Below, piece by piece: positions 49,760 to 64,000 of a stretch of DNA of 64,000 nucleotides. The notes beneath the pieces were generated by a model, which had not been told where the DNA came from, searched no databases, and worked only from the letters and a program-made list of their open reading frames with translations. Position 1 is the stretch's first letter, and every line of letters starts with the position of its first letter. The DNA comes from Lama glama (taxonomy: Eukaryota): the NCBI GenBank assembly GCA_028534125.1, contig CM052816.1, forward strand, positions 806,001 to 870,000. Direction: 5' to 3'. Position numbers and translations under genes: made by a program.

Positions 49760-52700
49760 TGTGTTTTGTTTTTACAGTTGTGTGTCTGTATGGTGAGACA
49801 AGTTAGGGCACAGGGTGGGTCTGGCCCCCAGTGTTGGGAGGCGCAGGAGCCCAGGTGGACCCTCAGCCCGGGATGCACTTAGGGCCTCCTGAGCAGAAGT
49901 GAAACGCTCTTCCTGGAAGTGGCAGAGGGGTGGAGGCACAGTGTGTTTGGGGAGAAGCAGATTGGAGGAGGCGCCTGGCCTGCCATCAGTTTGAGTTGGT
50001 ACAGCTGTATCACCTTTCTGTACCCTACACACACCCTCAAGATTTCAGGCTCCTCCACAGGCCCCTCCAGACTCAACCTCCCCCCTCCACCCACCGCCAG
50101 CTTTGGTCCCAACCAGGCAAGTATAGACCTTAGACTGGCAACCTGCATGGCTTCTTTGATGCAGGGGGTGTTGTATGTTCAGGGAGCCTTAGCTAGAGGG
50201 TCTGGCTTCTATAAATGTGAGCCCTGGGCAGAATAGGCTGGAAGTTCCTGTCCAGTTCCATGCTCCTCCCTGTCAGGGACCCTGAATGCCTCTGGGGCTG
50301 TGGGATTGGAGGACCATCTCTCCAGATGAGGAAAAGGGGCAGAGAGGCCAGGGACTGGTATAGTGTGACGGCCCCTACAGGACAGCAGCCAGGCCCCCGC
50401 CACCTGCCACCCAAAGGCTACGGTCATTTCCCTCTTCTGTTTTCCTCATTGGCTACTTGGTTTAGAAACTGCCTGAGGGCAAGAGCCAAGCTGTCTACCC
50501 CTGTCCTGGATATCTGTCAGCAAACCCTTGTTTCTGCAGCACACTGCCTTTTCCTGCTGGCAGTTCTCACCCCCTGTTCACCCAGCCTCCTGCCTTCTTA
50601 CCAGAACATGACATCTGCAGGAAAACCTGGGGCTCTGGGACCAGGAGGCTGGTAGACAGAAGTGACCAAGGAGAGGAGACAGCCGCTACACTGCCTACCC
50701 TGGCCTGGAGGTAGCGGGGGCTTCCTCCTCTTTCCTGAGTCCTACTAACCCCTGCTGGAACAGCCCCCACCCCGGCTTCACACACCAGGCAGAATCTACC
50801 AGCCTTGACACTGCCAACGGCACCACCGTCCTGACCTTCAGGAAGTGTCTGCTCCATAACTGGACTGAGATCCTTGGCAATGGGGCAACTTCAACTTTAT
50901 TTTGTGTTTATCATAGTTCCCTTAGAGGCGAAGTTCAGTGTTTTGCCCATAGAACCATGAAATGCATTTTAGACCAAAAGGGCTCCTCGAGCATCTCTAC
51001 CAGCCCCTGAAAATTTGACCCTCTAACTAACCACCCCCACCCCCATCGTGCTGCTTCCCTCTGCTGAGGTCTTTCGGCCTCTCATGTTACAGTCCTTCCT
51101 GTCCAGACCATGAGCTTTCTCTCTCTTACCTCCCACTCACACCTCAACACATATTGGTCTAAGTCTGGTGCACCTGCAAAAACTGAAGCAAAGAACATGA
51201 TTCAGCTAGCACCCCATAGCCAGGTAGGAGGTGAGCCCAGGGGGAGAGCCTGAGTCTAATTCCACAGACGGGATGAACAGACCCAGAGAGTGTGGCAGGC
51301 CCCCCTCACCCAGGCCTTGCTCCCACTCCTGTGTTTGTTTCCTTGCTTAGCAGCAGCTGGTCAGTAGTCTCAGCCAAAGTCTGGGGCTCTGGGACAGGCA
51401 GGACTAGCCTGGAAGCCTGCCCCTCTCCTGGGTTCCTTCCTCAGCCACGCCTGCCAAAAGAGAAACTTGTGAAGGGACAGAGAGCAATGCAGAGGGAAGT
51501 TTATCTTACCCCTGAGCATTCCCCTTGGCGCCCCCAATGGCAGCCAGAGTCTCAGGAGTGGACAGAGGCAGGAAGGCAAGCAAGAAGGGCTCGGAGTGCC
51601 TTTGGAAGCAGAGAAGGGGCATGCGCATCTGGCAGGGAAAGGACAGCAGCTTCTCTCAAATCACCGACCCGAGGGCACAGCCTTCCTACCCAGCAGGGCT
51701 CTGACTCTGTGTCCTGAGAGCAGTGGCCACAGGCCTCTTCTGGGAACTGCTTCCCTCTGTCAGCCAGACCGGGCTGACTGTGGCTCAGAACTGTGGGATC
51801 TCCACCTGCAGACCCACCCACCTACCCTTCTCTTGCTCTGTGGGTGGAGTGCTAAATCAGACAGATTTCTAGGCCTCAGGTCATCCGGATACCACTCCCA
51901 TCCTCATCTGCACAAATCTCACCTGCTAACCACTCACCTGGGAGTCTTGTCCCAAACCACAACTTTTCTTCAGGCTTGCTTCAGCAGCAGTTATACCAAA
52001 CCACAACTTTTGAGGGAGCTGCCACATTCAAAGCAGAATTCTCTTCTCAGTGTGTCCTGGCTCGAGTTGGACGCTTTGCGATTATGTGTCAAATGAATGA
52101 AAGAATTCATTAATGTATAATAATGAATCGTGGGTATCCAACCAGTAATATTAGAATCCATATTCTCCAAACAGCAAGGCTTTCTTACAAGCCATCTTCA
52201 ACACAGCCTCACTCCCCGAGTCACCCTCACTGTTAACAGCCACACCTGCCCTCCCTGAAGCCTCCTAGAACTCTCTGAGACCTGGACATTCCAGCCCTGG
52301 ATACCATGATGAGGAATGCAGGACATACCTGGAAGCCAGATGGGCACACATTACAAAGGCCAACACGAAGACCTTGTCCTTGGCTGGTCTTTTTTTTTAA
52401 CTTCTAACTTTCTGGAGAAGTTCACAGACCAGGGTGGAAGCAGAATAGCCAAGGGCACAGGCATGTTCTGAAATCAGACTGGTGTCTTTTTAACCTCTCC
52501 TTGCTGCTACATAGCTGAATAGTAAGAGCCAAGATGGAGGGACCACAGAGCCTCACCTCAAGGCAGACAGCCAGGGAAGAGGGAATCAGCCTGCCGGCTG
52601 TCTCTGCCAAAGGTCTGACCCTCAGCCTGGCCCCTCCATGCTGCCAGAGCCACATGCCGAAGCTGAGTCCAAGACAGGGAAGAGACCTGGAAAGCCAGAG

Positions 52701-52891
52701 CCATCTGCGCTGCAGAGGGGGCGGAGGAGAAGCTGGGCCTGACCCACTGGTCACACTCACTCTGTCCAGCCAGAATCTCTGGAATCTGACTGCGGGGGAC
52801 AAGCCTGAGTCTTGTACCCAGAGCGGAGACACAAGTCAGAATTGTAACATCAGAAGACCTTCTGGAGGTCCTCCATTCCAGCCTCCTAGCC

Positions 52892-53083
52892 CAGAAATCG
52901 GTAAACTTTTCCTGTAAAATGTCAGGTAGTAAATATATTTTAGACTTTGCTGGCCACAGTCTCTGTCTGAATATTCACCTTTGTTTTTCTTTTTTTTTTT
53001 TACAACCCTTTTGAAACCTTAAAATTGTTCTTAGTTTTTGGGTCTTACAAAAAGAAATCGAGGGCCAGATTTGCCAACCCCTG
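52892..53083. mobile_element. MER58A-like hAT MITE
   Basis: 'cagaaatcggtaaacttttcctgtaaa..ggtagtaaatatattttagactttgc..gggccagatttgccaacccctg'. Confidence 0.7.
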
Positions 53084-55559
53084 TGGGACCTAGCCCATGC
53101 TAGACTGCTTCTCTGGTACCTCTGATAAGTGGTCCCTCGTGTGACAAATTCTTGCCTCCTCACCATAAACTGGAATTTAATCATCTGCTGTTGAACTCTT
53201 GTAAGGGATTTTCTAGCCTAAAAAGGCTGATATGAGTTTCCATGGATAAATGTTCTGAAATCAGACAGCCCTGAGAAAAATGCACTGCCAACTACCACCA
53301 GTGCCCCTGAGACAGTGGCACCTGAGGCCCTGTGTGTGCCAAATGGCCTTCTCCAATAACCCACAGTTCCCAGCTGAGTTCAGGAGAAGGCTAGCAGTCC
53401 TCCTGGAATAGGAGAGTGTGCCTGGTCCTGGGGCTGTGGCGGCTGCAAGAGGGCTTAAAACCAAGCCTTCCACGTACCCTGGAAAATATCAGCTAAGCTT
53501 CACAACAGTGTGAGGGAATCTTAACAAAGTCCCTCTCCTAGCTGCCACTTGGATTTGAGGAGAGATAATTTAGAAGAAAAGGGAAGATAAAAGAAAATAG
53601 GCATTGAACGTTAGAGGTCTTTATTCACCTAGGTATTCTTGAGGATGGGTGTCCACTCTATGTTCCTTTAAGTCTCACCGGTTCCTTCAGGAGGCTCTCT
53701 CCAGTCTTTTCTCAACATCTTCTTCCACTCACTCTCCCCTTGCTCTTTCTCCAGCTGTCCTTCCCAATTCAGCTCAGCTCCCGGGGGCAAGTAGGAACTT
53801 GCTTTTATAAGCAGCCCCCTCTTCTCTTGGTCTGGTTCCCAGCTTGTATGCCCACCCTCTTCTATGTACAGGGCAGAACCTGCATTCAGAGATGGGGGAG
53901 TATTCCAGTGTTGAAGCTCAGCTCCTGTTCTTGTTGCTCAGATTGACCACTGTGTCTTCTCCAGGTCAGGCATGACCTTCAGGAAGGCTCCCAGATAGTA
54001 TATGGGAGTTTACTGGTTAGTTTTCTAACAAATGAACATCACCAATAGGTGATCCACCTTAGGCAGGTTGCAACTCTCTCCCTCTCCAGACATAAGACTC
54101 TCAGAACCACTAGGGTGACACACGGTGGAATATTTCTCGTCACAGGGTTCCAATCACTTGACCCTCAAAGTGGGAGAGAATAGGAGATGAGGGAGCTTCT
54201 TCTAAGGCTCATCTACTACAGGAGAGGAATATAGTGGCAGAGATTACCCCAGGGGACACTGTTCCAACCACTTTACAGATGTCAATCTGACTTCACAACA
54301 ATCCATGTGTGTGCTACTATCATCTTTATGTCGCCGGTGAGAAAACAGCAGCACAGGGATGGTTAAGAAATTAATCCAAGTTCACACAGAGAGTGAGTGG
54401 CAGAGCTGGGGGCTGAACACAGCCTGGGTGCTATCTTGAGAGTCTCCTTCAGGAGATGGTGCCTGGGCAGAGATCTGAAGGATCATTAGGAATTACATCC
54501 AGGTGAAGCAGTGAGGAGAGAGCCTTCTAGGTGGGAGAACAAAGACAGTGAGGCAACAGCTTGTGTCAGACTTTCATTTCAGGTGGATGGTACTGGTGGC
54601 TGAAAGATGGACTGAAATGAGAGCAAGTGACCCTTCAGGAAACTTTTTGTTCATTTGGAAGGTGACAGGTCAGATAAAGGCTGGCAGGGACAGAGCTAGA
54701 GAAGGAGTAGATTTGAGGAGGTAAAAAAATCAGCAGGACTTGATGGTAGCAATTTGTTGGGTTTCATTTATTTACTCAGTAGATATGTAAGGAGTACTCA
54801 CTGTATGCTCAGCAGTATGATAGAGAAACTGTGTGTACAATGTTGAACAGCATATTTACCATTCTGGCTCTGTGGGACTTACCAGAGGAAGGGCTCCAGG
54901 GTTTGCTGAAGTTTCCATTAGGGGAGGTGGATTTCCTCAAACCAGAGTGACCAATTAGTTGGGGGTGCAACCACTCCAGTGGGGCTTGAACAGCATCTTA
55001 TGGAAGTAAAATAGAATCTATCCGGGTGACTTGAATGGGAAAAGTGTGACTTGAAGGGAAAGAACAATTTTCCCAAGTTTTGTCTCTGTCACATATGCGC
55101 AAGATGTTTTGAATCAATATGTGCAATGTGCTTCTCACTGAGGGTCAAGTATAAAAAGAAAAAAAGAAGAAACCTTGTAAAACTTCGGGTGAAGGATGAC
55201 CACACATCTGTAACTCTGTACTCCTTGAAGGAACTCACCATGCCTTACTTTTTGTTGTTGTTGTTCCTGTAACGTGGATAGATAAAAGTGGATGGATAAA
55301 TGAATGGATGGGTTATGCATGCATATGATAGTTGGACGGATAGGTAGATGGGTGAAAAATGAATAGATATTTGGGTGGGTGGAGGGATGCATGCACGCAT
55401 ACATAAATAGGTGAGTAAATGGAAAGATTATGGATGGAGGCGAAAGGATGTGCAGAAGTCGGTGCAGGTCATGCTGAGTCTGAGGCATCTGGGGCGTCTG
55501 AATGTAGGTAACAGGGAAAAAGAGAATTGGTTTGAAGTGGCAAGCTGGAAGCACCCAAG

Positions 55560-57155
<1,596 letters not shown>

Positions 57156-59899
57156 GTGAGCAGCATGAGGGAATATGGGGATTTGAAGGGAGTGGAGAAG
57201 CAACAAGGGGAGCTGGGAGAGATGGGCACTGGGTACTTGAACCTCTTATTTTTAAGGGATTAGGGGCATGGTGGAGAGAGATGGGCATATATGGACAAAG
57301 GAGACACTGGCTGAGGCAACTGGCTTCCCCAGAGGAAGCTGAGCAAAGATATTAAGACAGCAACCTGGAGCTGCCCACTGTTGTTACTCCCTTTCAGTCT
57401 GCCCAAGTATAAGGGGGTGTAAGTGACAGACCCCCTAGTACTTAAATTTCCTTCTGGTGTGTGTCCTGAATCCATACCTGACGAGGATACTAGGAACTGT
57501 AATACACAGGAATGGAAAACCACAGTACTTGTAGATGATAGACATTTAGGAGTTCAGCACAAGCAATGGCAAAACAGAGAACTAGTATTAGACCAAAATG
57601 CCAGGTGTGAGTCTTGGACTAATAAGAGCAACTGGACACACCTCCCTCCTAAAGTCCGGGGTTGCTTCCTCACTTTCAGTAGGGTCCATTTCCCCTGTAG
57701 AGTAAGGCAGAAGACATAAACATCCTTGATGGATCAGAATAAACCTCCTGTCCTGATCACTTTCCTTTCCTGGTATTTTAACGTAGTGGAAGGAGTAAAG
57801 GATTTAGGATCAGATGACCTGGCTCTGCCATTTACTGTCTAATCCTGGGCAAGTCTTACCCTCTTAGCTCTACTTTTTCCCTAGGCTTGTTAAGACTGAA
57901 AGAGATCATATACATGAAAGTATTTTATAAACCATACGGCACTAAAGAGATGTTTGTTTCTTTGACTTTCTCCTAATTTCCTTTAATTTCTTTGGGTTCT
58001 GATTTGGTTAATGCCTTGCTTTCTAGCCTTGATCTGACTATTAGAGAAATATCTCAATGTGAAAAAGCCTAGGTGGATGTGACTCCTCAGGACCCAAGGA
58101 AGGAGAGGTTGTCTTCAGGCCTGTAAAATTCTTAATTGTATATTTAGTAGCAGCTGCTCATGACTCAGTAGTGCTTTACAGTTTATAAAATGTATTTTCT
58201 CATATTCTCCTACAGCAGTTTTCAAACTGTGGGTTTTGACCAATTAGTTGGCCATAAAATAAATGGGTCATGCCCCCAGCATTGTTTCTAAATGAAACAG
58301 AAAATAGCAGAATGCATGGGATCATAGTAAGGGTAAGTATTGTTTTATGAAACTTTTAAATTATATGTACCCAGGTGTATACTTGGTCTCAAAGTAAAAT
58401 GTACTGCTTACTCTGAGTTGCAGTCAAAACACAAACAGAGCACAGCTCTGCAGGCATTATATATTAGATATGATCATCACCCCCATTTCGCAGTCACTAT
58501 TGGTAAGTGCACAGTTAAGACACATATCTTAACTACAAACCACTGCGAAGTCCATCATATTAATATGACTATAAGGATAAACTTTAGTACCCCAGGGTCA
58601 TAATTAAGTTGGCCTTATGTTAGAAAATATGCCCTATTCTTCTGGGTTTTAGGACTTTGAAGCTGAGGGGAGGAGGTGTCCTTCCATTCCTCTGCTAGAA
58701 TTTTCTAGAAAGGATTTTGAAACCAAGATTTTAATTGAATGTCAATTTAGACAAGAGAAAAGAGGTAGTTTCTTCATGAGGAGAGTCCAGAAACACCCAC
58801 TTGGAACTGGAGATGTTACACATTAGGAAGGTATAAACAGCAAACCAAGTTAAATAGAGGATAATCCTTTCCAAAATACATAATATTTAAAAGAAAATAA
58901 AACTTTTATTTTCAGACATATACCAGAACTTAGGTATATGGTGCTGCCCAATACAGGAATTACACTGAAGATGTAAATATTGTTATTTTGTCAAAGTTAT
59001 CTATAAACCGATAGTAACTGACATCTTCTTTCATTCTTTATACATAGTTCATGGTTTTGTCACTTCCTTTCATTGGTAAACAGACATGCACGTTATAGTA
59101 TCATGATTCAGAATCTTACTAAACAAAACTCTCACCAGAATAGTTAACACTATATGGAACTATTTTTGTATAAAGGTTTATTTAATATGCTATACATTAT
59201 CCACTGCACAGTTCTGGTTACATTAAGTTCTCTCTTGTCAGCTACTAATTCAACAAAATTTTAATCTGCTTTGGAGGTGACCAAGGTTTTTTGGTTTTAG
59301 GGACTATGCTGTTTCAGGGAGTTGTTACTCATGGGCTCAAGGAATAGGTCAGTGATTTTCAGGAACAGGAAAGAACGGCATTCTCGCCCCCCTACACACA
59401 CACACATTATATCAGCATTGCAGGGTATGGGGAGAGTTACAGTTTATAAAATCAGATTTAGTATTATAATATTAAAAAGAAAAAATAGTTAATTTTTCTT
59501 AATATAGAAAATCAATTGGAAAGAATTCCTTGGCTGGTAGGAACACAGAGAAAGTAGAATAAGAAGCATTCAGAGTAAAGCCTATAATCAATGAGGTGTA
59601 TGACAGGTGGGGTACCCAGAGATGGTGGTGGTGGATATGGTGCCATTTATACTGCTATTTCTGTTGCATATCCAGGACAGTTATATTGTTTTGAGGTCAA
59701 TGTTTTTAAAGTTTAGTTTTGTATAAGAAGAGGCTTTTTAGCTCCAAAAACTTTTACTTATTTACATCTTCCATTTTATCCATCCCATGAGTTAGAGTTC
59801 TCCTTGGCTCTTCAAGCTAGAATCAGAGGATTATGAAAGTAAGATCATTTAGACTGAGTGAGGGCACCATTAAATGGTGTCAGGTTTTAGGCGGCAGAC

Positions 59900-61700
59900 G
59901 GGTGTATAAAAAGAAAATGAAAAAACATTTCACTTATTGAGGCTCAGACATAACTGGATGCCTGTATTGCCTGGCCACCCACTGCTGCCACTATAGCGCA
60001 ATAAAATCTTCGTCGCTCTGCAAAAGGGACCAGATGCTTCCAGCATCATTACTCCTTGTTTTTCTCTTTTCTCCTTTGAGGTAGCTAAAGATGGCAGCCA
60101 AAAAAATGTTTGAGGCTTATATTAAGTATATAGTCATGTATGACACAGAAGATAGGGTCAGCTTTTTCACTTATCTGAAAGTGATGGGCAGTGACACATG
60201 CCAAACATTGTTAAATGTGTGCCACTAACAACAGTGGAGTGTTCTGCAAAGCACAATTCTCTGCAGTTTTAAGATTGGACAGTATGGGAGTATTAACAGG
60301 AATCTTCGAAGGCCATGAAAGCTTATTATTAAATAGCCCTTTTAATTGCAAAGGAGAAAAAAATGGAGAAACTTATGAAATCTTGCATTCCGGGTTCTGC
60401 CACAACTTTGAGAGGAAACTGAACTCCAGAATTTCTTCATCTACTTCTGTGTCTGAACTGATTGACTGAGCACATCAAATGTCAGGTTTTAAAAAACATC
60501 AGCTCATCCTTCTTTGCTATTAGTTGAGATGAATCTGCTAATGAAGAAAATTGTGCTTTGCTTATGTTCAGATAAAGGCTTTAAAAACTGTGGATGTGCT
60601 ATTTTCACTGAGCCGAGTACTTGACCACTAAAGAAAGTATTTTTTGAAGTTGTATCAAGTGAACTGAGTTGTAGGAAAAATTATAGGAGTCTATGTTGGT
60701 GGTGCTACAGTAATGGCATGTTTTAGATCTGGGTTTTTGTCAAAAATCGAAGAAAACTGGCATTCAAGATGTGCTGCAGTAGCATGCGTTGGTGGTATAG
60801 TGGTGAGCATAGCTGCCTTCCAAGATGTGCTGCAGCAGTCACCCCCAAGCATTGACTTCCATCAGTCTGCCCGTAATGTACTGGAAATCTTCAGCCTTGC
60901 TGTCAGCATAACTGTTGTGAAAAACAGTACGTTTGATCCCAGTTTGCCTTGGTTTTTGAAGATCTCAATGCTGTTCAGTGTTTTCTGTCACATACTGAAG
61001 TTCCTTGGTTGTCAGCTTAATTCAGCTGAATTTATGGACAGAACAGCTGGTCTTGGAGCACCAATGAAAAAGAATCTCTACTTTAAAACTTCAGAAACTA
61101 AAACTTTCAGTAGAATTTAACACTTTGAAGCTTAAAATACCCTGACCCTGAAATGTCAAGAAGCAAATACCAACATCATTGCTCGTTATGAAATATGCTA
61201 AGCACTTGCCAGAAAGACAGCTACAGATAGCAAACTCATACTAAAAATGTCTTAATATTCCTGGCCGACCTTTCGAGAACCAGATTGATGAATATTATTT
61301 CCAGGAGAAAAAAAAAATCCAAAACTATTTTGGGTGATATGTTCTTGACCTTGTTCTTAAAGCCTACCTTTGGCAGCTTTTGGGAAGAGTGTGTTTCACA
61401 ATGATGTTAAATCCTCACTGGGAGAACTTCACGTGGAGCTGGTGGAATTCAAAGTCTGATTGTTTTGACCAGAGACTTCAAGATAAATATTCTAGAGAAA
61501 TTGGGATGTACAATGTCTATAAACAGATAAGAAGACTTTAATCTATTGCGTTATTCTACTTTCTCCTTACAGCTTAAAGCTTTTCTCTCTCTCTTTTTTG
61601 TTTTTTTGGTATAACTATCTACAGAGAAAAAAACTGCAAGAGGATTGTCAAAGCAGCTTGTATTTTGCTGCATCTTCTGCACCACCCAAGAAAGAAAAGT
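59900..61700 (+). mobile_element. Fossil hAT (Charlie/Buster-type) transposase sequence
   Basis: Degenerate motifs in the expected order: FAI..DES (~60513-60537), GVxxxGAxxM (~60686-60716) and HTEVPWLS (60991-61014, cf. HTEVRWLS); many frameshifts. Boundaries approximate. Confidence 0.65.
60786..60824 (+). pseudogene. 5'-half tRNA-Gly(TCC) tailless retropseudogene
   Basis: GCGTTGGTGGTATAGTGGTGAGCATAGCTGCCTTCCAAG is the 5' half of tRNA-Gly-TCC (anticodon 60819-60821); flanked by CAAGATGTGCTGCAG at 60765-60779 and 60821-60835; no polyA. Confidence 0.9.
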
Positions 61701-62305
61701 TAAGGCTTAACAATGACATGGTTATTACATCATCTGAATAAATTTCTTGCCTTCTAAAACTCCCATTGCTTTGATTAATTTTAGTCATGAAACTTAATTT
61801 TGAAATGTTAAATAACACTGAAGGAGGGAGAATGTGAGATATTAAGGTATATGGAAAGTAAAGGTGTGGGTTACAAAAACATGGAGGAAAACATATATAT
61901 ATATGTATATATCCATATCCACCAGATGCTCATCTGTTTACTGAATGTCTTCCCCACTGGGTTTAGCTGTTGACCACTGTATCCCAAGTCAGATAAACTG
62001 TTTAAACTTGCTCCTCTCCTCTTCTGTGGCTGTACCCTGGACCTCATCTTCACACAGACTTGCTACACATCTGAAATACTCAGCTCCAATTGCACCATAA
62101 CCTTAGCTCTTAGCATTCTAGTGCAGTTAAACACACTCTAGTTATACCTGCCCTTCATCTCCTTATGGAGGCCACTGTTCCACTGACTCCTAGTTTTTTT
62201 CTTTCCCAATTTATCAGACACTTGCTAGCCTTACTTACTACCCTACTGAGCCTGGACCTCATGATTAGTCTTGGCATAAAAACTGATCCATGTTGTGGTC
62301 TAGAC

Positions 62306-62551
62306 CAGGGTTTCTCAACCTCAGTACTATTGACATTTTGAGTGAGGTAATTCTTTGCTTGAGGTGTGTTTTGGGGTGGAGGGGCAGGGGGATGTCCTAC
62401 GCTTTCAGAGATGCTTAGCAGCATCCCTTGACTCTCTTCGCTAGACGTCTGTAGCATTCCTCCACCAGCTGTGACAATCACAAATGTCTCTAGACATTGC
62501 CAGATGTCTTGGGGAGTGGGGTGCAAAAACATCCCTGGTTGAGAACCACTG
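62306..62551 (+). mobile_element. MER20 hAT MITE
   Basis: CAGGGTTTCTCAACC..GGTTGAGAACCACTG termini; 8-bp TSD GTCTAGAC at 62298-62305 and 62552-62559. Confidence 0.9.
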
Positions 62552-64000
62552 GTCTAGACTCAGTGAAAGTGGTCGTATCCAGAGATGTGCCATTACTAGC
62601 TTCACTTGGGCCCTACAGACAGTGCCTGACATGGGTGTACAGTGCCTGACACGGGTGTTTAGAAAAGCTCAGTGGAAGAATAGCTTCACCTAGCTGGAAT
62701 TTTATTGAACGTAGTCTTAGCAGCAGTGAATTAACTGATACGATCCCACTTCTCCCAGCCCTTGGCACACAGATGGCAGGATCAGCAAACCTTACATTGG
62801 AGCTGCTTATATCACTGCCATCAAGGACTATGACAGACAAAGCAGTACATGAAATTAAGACCTAGAAACTGAGTAATAAAAGGCAATCGCTTTAGCTATT
62901 TCTTTCAACAGGGCCATAAGGCAGTTGTTTGTTTCAGTTTTTTAAGTATTATTTGGATCCCTGGAGGTCACACCCCCTTTCTGCCTGCCATTTCCTGGCA
63001 TATAAAATCCCTTCTCTCCCCTATAGCGAAGGATGGAATTTCTCAGCAGGCTCTGGTTATTTAACCCAAGTGTGAACAGTGAGGATTACCTCCTCCTCAG
63101 CCCTGGATATCCTGGAGTGAGCTCGATAGCCTCAAAGTTCCATTTCAACATAATCTCCCAGCCCTGGTTCATATGAAATCCTCTTCCTGGTAAAAAGCTG
63201 AGAACAGGCACCTTGAGTCACCTTTTGTTTCTCCCTACCACCCAATGCTGCTTTACATCCTTCAACAAGAAGCCAGAAGCTTGCCTTCTGCTGGCATTTC
63301 TTAAAGTCCTGCCTGGGGTCCTGCCCAGATCATGCCCACTTCCACAGCCTCCGATTCTGCACATTTGCTAAAGCACCCAGGGTGTGGGGAACCCCACTGT
63401 CTCATCTCCCAGGGAAGACCCAACAGAATGCCTTAGTGGTTTTCTGGAGGACATACCTCAGATTTCTGCTTAAGATAGACAAGGAATCGTTTTCAAGAGA
63501 CATTAAGAAAAATGGCATGTGATTTCTTTGTAAGATCTGATGATTTAATGCCACATCCCCACCTCTCACTAGGAATAGACAGAACCTGTAATTACACTTT
63601 CATGTTTACTTGTCTCCAACCTTTTGAACTTAATTCTTTAGGCCTCGGTCATTAAATAGCTTCTATATACAGGGCCTGATTCCAGACCCTGGAGTGAAGG
63701 AGGCAGGGTAGAGATGTATTGGAAGAGGTGTTCAAGCCCTCACTCCTAAGGCCTTTGTAAGCCAGTCCTCTGTCCCTTCCTTTATAAGACTCCCATGATC
63801 CTCTTACAGACCCTACTGTCCAGCTTCTGACCTAGGCTTTCTTCTAGTCTTACTCCTCCAACCTAGTCTTCACTCTGACAACAAATGCCTTTCAGTAAAA
63901 TCGAGTCTGGGCAACAGAGGGATGAGATCATCCTAAAGAGACCACCCTAGGCTTCAGAACAAAATCCAGATTCCCAACTAGGGCTTCCTGCCCACCCTCT

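Noticed and set aside
49770..55500. Additional protein-coding gene between the MHC-like gene and TRIM52
   Set aside because: Short GC-rich ORFs without recognisable domains or a consistent exon chain; a lncRNA cannot be excluded.
60765..60835. CRISPR-like repeat-spacer-repeat
   Set aside because: Only two copies, in mammalian DNA, and explained as a TSD.
60713..61120. 135-aa ORF as a novel gene
   Set aside because: It runs through the tRNA-half insertion, and the HTEVPWLS motif is in another frame; a chance ORF.

Overview
Repeat-rich mammalian genomic DNA, probably camelid (four short tRNA-Ala-derived SINEs resembling Vic-1). The AT-rich left half (about 1-32 kb) is mostly L1/LTR sequence. 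It holds an intact family-2 olfactory receptor gene (7047-7994), a V1R vomeronasal receptor with a single 5' lesion, a processed PLCD3 retrocopy and a 500-N gap. The GC-rich right half holds the main finding, an apparently intact multi-exon nonclassical MHC class I-like gene (33797-47508, +). The ORF track shows it only in fragments. Its exons encode leader, alpha1, alpha2, alpha3, TM and two cytoplasmic segments, all joined in phase 1. There is also a candidate extra 108-nt in-frame exon between leader and alpha1 (402 aa with it, 366 aa without). It lacks MR1's ligand residues and lies next to TRIM52 rather than in an MHC context, so it may be the little-studied MHX lineage (unverified). Further right are a TRIM52 pseudogene behind a retained CpG island and a fossil hAT transposase carrying a tailless 5'-half tRNA-Gly retrocopy. 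Repeat family names are from memory and their boundaries are approximate.
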